From an uncultured beta proteobacterium (GTDB lineage Bacteria > Pseudomonadota > Gammaproteobacteria > Burkholderiales > Burkholderiaceae_B): a stretch of 64,000 bases of DNA. A program made the position numbers and the translations under genes. How positions within the stretch are numbered: position 1 is the stretch's first letter; each line of letters begins with the position of its first letter. The stretch covers positions 2,612 through 66,611 of the forward strand of contig CAIJKV010000189.1 of NCBI GenBank assembly GCA_903821335.1, read 5' to 3'. Below the pieces are notes generated by a model. It worked only from the letters and a program-made list of their open reading frames with translations. It was not told the DNA's origin and did not search any database. This document shows positions 58,930 to 64,000 of the stretch, piece by piece.

Positions 58930-60521
58930 GACTGTTCGGCAAGCAAAAAATCTGCCATGTCGCGCAGTTTATGCTTTTGAATTTTGACTGCATTCGCGCT
59001 TTCGATGGCAGGAAATTCAGTCAGTACCTCGAACCTGACCGGGACCTTAAAGCCTGCCATGAGTCGCTTGCATTCGAGGGTCCAGCCGACTGGATCTGCC
59101 TGCGCACCAGGTTGCAGAATCACGAAGGCGACAGGCAAGATTTTTGTACCCTGGGTGGCGCCAACGACCTGGCAGGCGCGCACGTTGTCAAAGTTTTCGA
59201 TCGCGTGCTCAATCTCGGCAGGGTTCACCAGGAAACCCGATAAACGCATGGAGTCGCCCATGCGTGTCTGGAATACAAACTGACGGTCGCTGACTGAGTA
59301 GCCCAGATCGCCGGTCTTGAAGTAGCCATCCGCCGTCATCGCGTTGCGGGTGGCTTCGGGGTTGTCGAGGTAGCCAATCATGATGCTGGGCGACGAAATT
59401 TCTATTTCGCCGGACTCGCCATGCGCGACGACTTCGCCAGAAGCAGGGTCGCGCGCCCGCACCCGACCAGTTGGATGAATCAGGCGACCTCCGGCGAGAT
59501 ATCGCTTGCTGAGATCGCCCTGTGAAGAATTGGTCGGCTGCGCGGCCACCAGGGCCTGGAGTTCGCTCGATCCATACAGGCCGGTCAGGGGCAGGCCATT
59601 TTGCTGGGCTTTTTCAAGCAGGTTGCCGATCGCGGGCGAAAAGTTTGCAAATCCGAATAGCTGGCAGCTTTCAAAGTCGGCTGGTGATTCTGCGGCCTCG
59701 AGTAACTTGAGGATCGATTCGTTGTTGGCGTAGGTGTGTGTGACGTGATGACGACGGATTTGTTTGAGTGTGCTGGCAGTGTCGGACACGGGTTCGCAGA
59801 CGACCGTGCAGCCTGTGACCAAGCCACCCGTCAAGGTTGAAAATCCGAAAGCACCGCAAAACGGAGCGCTGGCAAATATGCGGCTATGTTCGTTGTACCC
59901 ATAGGCTTGCCGCATGACATCGCCATGCAAAATCAGGTTGTGCTGATTGTGCAGTACGAACTTTGGCAAGGAGGTTGTGCCCGAGGTGGTGAAACACAGC
60001 ACGCTGTTGTTGCCATAGGGGTCAGGTGTCGTGCAGGGCGATTGCACCAGACCTGTGTAGGCGTACACAGCATGGCCACGGGCAGCGATGGCTGTTGAGG
60101 CGGCACTGTCGGGGTCGCCAACGGTGATGAGGCCTCGCAGTCGGGACAGTACTGCTTGCGGGACGTCGCCCAGGATGTCGCCAAAGGCGATGCCTTTGAA
60201 ATCAGGCCACATGATGAGCCAGTCCGCACCGCCGCGACCCACGATGTCAGCGACCTCCTGGCTGCGAAAACGCGTGTTGACCGCAAGGACTGTGGCACCC
60301 AGGTGGGCGCAGGCGAGAAAGGACTGTACCCAGGCCAGGCAGTTCGGCAGCCAGAGCGCGACACGGTCGTTTGCCCCGACGCCCAGTGCGGCCAGGTTGC
60401 CAGCCAGCCTTCCCACTTGCTCATGGAGTTGTGCCACAGTGGTGGGGACGTTCTGGTCGATCAGTGCGAACTGGTCGCCTTGCGTGGCGGCCAATCTGGC
60501 CAGACGTTCTGCAAAGTACAT
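58926..60521 (-). CDS. AMP-forming acyl-CoA synthetase
   Basis: TTSGTTSLPK, YGSSE, KTGDLG, SGFLVNPAEIE, KIQK. Confidence 0.92.
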   Translation of the reverse strand: MYFAERLARLAATQGDQFALIDQNVPTTVAQLHEQVGRLAGNLAALGVGANDRVALWLPNCLAWVQSFLACAHLGATVLAVNTRFRSQEVADIVGRGGADWLIMWPDFKGIAFGDILGDVPQAVLSRLRGLITVGDPDSAASTAIAARGHAVYAYTGLVQSPCTTPDPYGNNSVLCFTTSGTTSLPKFVLHNQHNLILHGDVMRQAYGYNEHSRIFASAPFCGAFGFSTLTGGLVTGCTVVCEPVSDTASTLKQIRRHHVTHTYANNESILKLLEAAESPADFESCQLFGFANFSPAIGNLLEKAQQNGLPLTGLYGSSELQALVAAQPTNSSQGDLSKRYLAGGRLIHPTGRVRARDPASGEVVAHGESGEIEISSPSIMIGYLDNPEATRNAMTADGYFKTGDLGYSVSDRQFVFQTRMGDSMRLSGFLVNPAEIEHAIENFDNVRACQVVGATQGTKILPVAFVILQPGAQADPVGWTLECKRLMAGFKVPVRFEVLTEFPAIESANAVKIQKHKLRDMADFLLAEQS

Positions 60522-60575
60522 GGATAGGCCCGGGAGTGATTTTGTTGCTATAGTCTTCTGAACAAAATATTACTA

Positions 60576-60595
60576 TAGTCCTTATATACGGACTA
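60576..60595. promoter_or_regulatory. Palindromic operator candidate in the divergent promoter
   Basis: TAGTCC-TTATATAC-GGACTA; CTATAGTC also occurs twice (60548, 60573). Confidence 0.55.
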
Positions 60596-60637
60596 CTTAA
60601 TGTCAATAACAAAAACAGATTGGCTCAGGAGAAGAAA

Positions 60638-61633
60638 TTGAAAAAGCACAGGTTTTTATTCCGTGTTCTGGTCTTGGCGACAGCGTTGACCGGTGCATTG
60701 TCTCCGCTGACGCACGTCCGGGCGCAGGCGTTTCCGACTCGACCCGTCACGGTCATCGTGCCTTATCCGGCAGCCGGGGCGGCAGATATTTTTGGTCGCT
60801 CGATCGCGCAAGCTATGGAACAAACGCTCAAGCAGCCCGTGGTGGTTGAAAACAAACCGGGCGCAGGTGGAAACCTGGGGATGACCGTTGTTGCCCGCAG
60901 CAAACCCGATGGTTACACGATCGGGTTGGGCACGATCGGCACGCAGACGATCAACCAGTTTATTTATCCGGAGATGCTGTTTGATCCGGAAAAGGACTTG
61001 GTGCCCATCGCATTGGTGTCGACCACTCCCAATGTGCTGGTGGTGTCAGCCACTTCTGCCTGGAAAACGCTGCCGGATGTGATTGCTGCTGCCCGGGCGG
61101 CCAAAGATAAAAAACTGACCTATGGCACGCCTGGCGTCGGCTCTTCACCTCATCTGACAGGTGCCTACTTTGAAGCCATGGCGGGAGTCGAGTTACTGCA
61201 TGTGCCGTTCAAGGGTATATCGGCGTCGATGCCGGCGCTGATTGGTGGGCAGATCGATCTGTTGTTTGACAATTTGCCTGGGTCGATTAACCAGATCAAG
61301 GATGGTTCGCGTGTGCGGGGCATTGCGGTCACCTCGAGCCATCGCACACCGTTGGCACCCGACTTGCCGACGTTCGCTGAATCGGGTGTACCTGGGTTTG
61401 ACGTGACGGCCTGGTTTGCAATCTATGCACCACGCGGCACCCCGCAACCTGTCATGGACAAACTGATCGAGGCGGCGCGCGTGGGGTTGGCTTCTGAAAA
61501 AGTGATTCAGGCGTACGCCAAACTGGCAGCGCTGCCAGGCACGCTGTTCGGACCCGATCTGGGTGCGTTTGAACAGTCTGAACGTGTCAAGTGGGGCAAA
61601 CTTATCAAGGAACGGGGGATCAAGGCAGAATGA
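60638..61633 (+). CDS. Bug/TctC tripartite tricarboxylate transporter substrate-binding protein
   Basis: FPTRPVTVIVPYPAAG, VENKPGAGG, DGYTI, GVGSSPHL, HVPFKG, WFAIYAPRGTP. TTG start after AGGAG. Confidence 0.93.
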   Translation: MKKHRFLFRVLVLATALTGALSPLTHVRAQAFPTRPVTVIVPYPAAGAADIFGRSIAQAMEQTLKQPVVVENKPGAGGNLGMTVVARSKPDGYTIGLGTIGTQTINQFIYPEMLFDPEKDLVPIALVSTTPNVLVVSATSAWKTLPDVIAAARAAKDKKLTYGTPGVGSSPHLTGAYFEAMAGVELLHVPFKGISASMPALIGGQIDLLFDNLPGSINQIKDGSRVRGIAVTSSHRTPLAPDLPTFAESGVPGFDVTAWFAIYAPRGTPQPVMDKLIEAARVGLASEKVIQAYAKLAALPGTLFGPDLGAFEQSERVKWGKLIKERGIKAE

Positions 61634-62352
61634 AAGGCGCAACAGCATTGGTGACGGGTGGGAGTCGTGGGATCGGTCGTGCGGTCGTGGAGCGGTTGCT
61701 CACGGATGGTTACGAAGTGATCAATTTCAGTCGGTCGGCGCCTGCGCAAATGTTGCCGGGTGAAATTTTTGAATCCGTGGATCTGGGCGATGCCAGGCGC
61801 ACGCGCGAGGCGATTGGAGACTGGACGGCAAAAAAAGAGATTTTGCATCTGGTGAATAACGCCGGGATGATTCATGCGGCCAAGATCGAGGACATCACGC
61901 TTGAGCAGGTTGACGATATGGTGTCGCTCAATATGGTGGCGCCCTTGTTGTTGACACAAGGCGTGATCGGTGCGATGCGTGCGCGCAAGTTCGGACGGAT
62001 CGTGAACATTGGCAGTCGTGCGATGCTGGGCAAGTCGGGGCGCACGGTTTATGGTGGGACCAAGGCCGGGATTGTCGGGATGACGCGTACTTGGGCGCTC
62101 GAACTGGCCACGCAGGGGATTACGGTGAATGCCGTGGCGCCCGGGCCGATTGCGACGGAGTTATTTAATGCTTCCAATCCTCCGGACGCACCGCAGACCA
62201 TTAAGATTTATGAGTCGATTCCTGTTGGTCGGGTCGGGACGCCAGAGGAAGTGGCGCATGCAGTGTGCATGTTTATGGATGAGCGGGCTGGGTTTATTAC
62301 CGGTCAACTGCTTTATGTTTGCGGGGGGATGTCTGTGGGGTTGGTGGGGTAG
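61630..62352 (+). CDS. Short-chain dehydrogenase/reductase
   Basis: TGGSRGIG, NNAG, YGGTK, NAVAPGPI; ATGA overlap with the bug gene. Confidence 0.92.
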   Translation: MKGATALVTGGSRGIGRAVVERLLTDGYEVINFSRSAPAQMLPGEIFESVDLGDARRTREAIGDWTAKKEILHLVNNAGMIHAAKIEDITLEQVDDMVSLNMVAPLLLTQGVIGAMRARKFGRIVNIGSRAMLGKSGRTVYGGTKAGIVGMTRTWALELATQGITVNAVAPGPIATELFNASNPPDAPQTIKIYESIPVGRVGTPEEVAHAVCMFMDERAGFITGQLLYVCGGMSVGLVG

Positions 62353-62373
62353 CGCTTTATCACGTTGTAAGTC

Positions 62374-62591
62374 CCGACGCCGCCCCGGGCGCTGGCGTGC
62401 CGTCAGCCACGCGCGCTTGGTCCGGGCTGAACGCCCGGACTGACCCATCGACCGACTGGTGTTGTCGGGTGATGCCCGAAACTCGCCCCTGGCGGGGCTC
62501 AGACAACGGGCCTCACTGATCCGACACCCCTGTGCCGGTCTCGGCTGCGCAAGCGTGGCTGACGGCACGCCAGCGCCCGGGGCGGCGTCGG
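62374..62591. mobile_element. Non-autonomous palindromic element (MITE/REP-like) with perfect 39-bp terminal inverted repeats
   Basis: CCGACGCCGCCCCGGGCGCTGGCGTGCCGTCAGCCACGC (62374-62412) is the exact reverse complement of 62553-62591; nested internal hairpins; no transposase. Confidence 0.65.
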
Positions 62592-62760
62592 CACGCTGCT
62601 TGGCAGACGTAAGCTGGTGTGATCACGACCTGATCGAGTTGCCAATGCCTGATTTTGATCAAAAAACTAAAATTGTGTCGCCACAGCTCGAACTTTCGCT
62701 ATGCGTTAGCGGCTGTTGTCTCAACGACCTGTGCTTGCGGAATCGACCCGAAGCGGAGAT

Positions 62761-64000
62761 TCATAGCACCACATCATCAAACTGGATTCGGTTACGGCCG
62801 GCCTCTTTAGCCTGATACATCGCGTCGTCTGCCCGCTTCAGTAACTCAGCCTTCCTCGCGGCATCCCCGGAGAATATGACTACACCGATGCTGGCCGTGC
62901 AATGATGCTCGACTTTCAACGCAGCTTCTTCATTGTGCTGCATTTCAAGAACGTACGGTTCGTCCAAGGTCAGGCGAATCTTTTCCGCAATTTCCAGGGC
63001 TCGCTGCCTGGCGATTGCCAGATCCTGCTCGAGTTCGGAAATCACTACAACGAACTCGTCGCCGCCGGTGCGGGCCACTGTGTCGACCTCCCGCACACTG
63101 GACTTCAAACGCTGAGCCACTTCGACCAATAGCACATCGCCAGCATCGTGCCCCCATGCATCGTTGAGGGGTTTGAAATTATCGAGATCGATAAAGAGCA
63201 CGGCGCCATGGCAACGGCTGCGTCGGTTCTCGACGACGACTTGGTTCAGTCGATCATCCAATAGGCGCCGGTTGGGCAATTTCGTCAACGGATCATAAAA
63301 GGCCAACTGCTCGATCTGCTCTTGGAGACGCTTGCGCTCCGTGATGTCGCGTGAAGAGGCGTAGACATGTTTCTTGCCGTTTATTAGGATTCCTTTGGCG
63401 TTGATTTCAACATCAATTAATGTGCCGTCTTTACGGCGATGAATCGTCTCGAATATTTTGGACGTGCCAATCAAGTCCTTAAGCATTCGGGAAATTTGAC
63501 TAATCGATAAATTGGCATCCCAATCCATTATCTTGCGCCCGAGAATTTCTTCCTGGGTATAGCCCAGCATCCTCGCAAATGAGCGACTGCATTGCATCAA
63601 CCGGCCCGTCTCGTCCAGGATCTGGATCCCGTCGCTGGCGGAATCCAGCAACTCTGACGCCTTGCTCGTTATTCTTTTGTCCTGAAAGTCTATCTGTCCT
63701 TTGGCCGCAACTAATTCATCTGCTCGCTTGGCTTTCTCTATACTCTGGAATGCCAGTTCTATTTTGGCGAGAACCAACTCGGCTGCTCGCGTGGCTTTCT
63801 CTTCACTCTGGAAGGCCAGTTCTACCTTGGCAGCAACCAATTCGGCTGCTCGCTTGGCTTTCTCCTCGCGTTGGAAGGCCAGTTCTATATTAGCGATCAC
63901 CAGTTCAGCCGCCCGCTTGGCCTTATCTCCATTCTGGAAGGTCAGTTCTTTGTTGGCAATGTTGGCGAGGATCAACTCTGCTGCGAGTTTCGAGGACTGC
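62761..64000 (-). CDS. PAS-GGDEF diguanylate cyclase with N-terminal 21-aa repeats (5' end beyond window)
   Basis: The frame is open to the window edge; PAS (LGYTQEEILG, HRRKDG), YDPLTKLPNRR, FIDLDNFKPLND, REVD I-site plus GGDEF, ADDAMYQAK. Confidence 0.93.
   Translation of the reverse strand, partial: QSSKLAAELILANIANKELTFQNGDKAKRAAELVIANIELAFQREEKAKRAAELVAAKVELAFQSEEKATRAAELVLAKIELAFQSIEKAKRADELVAAKGQIDFQDKRITSKASELLDSASDGIQILDETGRLMQCSRSFARMLGYTQEEILGRKIMDWDANLSISQISRMLKDLIGTSKIFETIHRRKDGTLIDVEINAKGILINGKKHVYASSRDITERKRLQEQIEQLAFYDPLTKLPNRRLLDDRLNQVVVENRRSRCHGAVLFIDLDNFKPLNDAWGHDAGDVLLVEVAQRLKSSVREVDTVARTGGDEFVVVISELEQDLAIARQRALEIAEKIRLTLDEPYVLEMQHNEEAALKVEHHCTASIGVVIFSGDAARKAELLKRADDAMYQAKEAGRNRIQFDDVVL
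63661..63984 (-). repeat. Tandem 63-bp (21-aa) coding repeat, about 5 units, consensus AAELVxAxxELAFQxEEKAKR
   Basis: Read directly from the translation. Confidence 0.93.

Noticed and set aside
62319-62815. Small ORFs (66-135 aa) across the inverted-repeat element
   Set aside because: Low-complexity Arg/Pro/Ala translations of a GC-rich palindrome; no transposase motifs.

Overview
Chromosomal segment of a Betaproteobacterium. Gene order and the Bug/TTT protein suggest Burkholderiales, probably Alcaligenaceae-like (inference). It has four parts. (1) 1-10,080 is a phosphate-starvation island: the C-P lyase genes phnGHIJKLM, then phnC and phnD (phnD cut by the window edge), a divergent DUF1045 2H-phosphoesterase, and a plcP-agt pair (phospholipase C plus GT4 glycolipid synthase, often mis-annotated as LpxH). 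Three PHO-box promoters are readable in the sequence, each with 11-bp-periodic heptamers, a 10-nt spacer and a -10 hexamer. (2) 10-22 kb holds an SDR, a secreted metallo-beta-lactamase-fold hydrolase, a Liv-type ABC transporter, nth-rsxB-phaZ, a heptamer VNTR, fpr-fdxA and pncB-ridA. (3) 22-52.7 kb is core backbone: relA, trpBA-accD, rne, rluC, gph, msrPQ, amiD, maf, the yceD-rpmF-plsX-fabHDG-acpP-fabF cluster, a YgfX/CptA-like ORF coupled to rpoE-rseAB-degP, and lepA-lepB-rnc-era-recO. (4) 52.7-64 kb is accessory. It has an A-rich 3'-UTR/sRNA candidate and an orphan CoA/ThDP-dependent catabolic cluster (ADH, SBP, ThDP enzyme, acyl-CoA dehydrogenase, HutC-type GntR, acyl-CoA ligase, Bug, SDR). 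It also has a 218-bp element bounded by perfect 39-bp inverted repeats, and a lower-GC PAS-GGDEF gene with tandem 21-aa coiled-coil repeats that runs off the window end. I recognised no rRNA, tRNA, CRISPR array or transposase. All product calls come from motif recognition by eye; no database searches were run.
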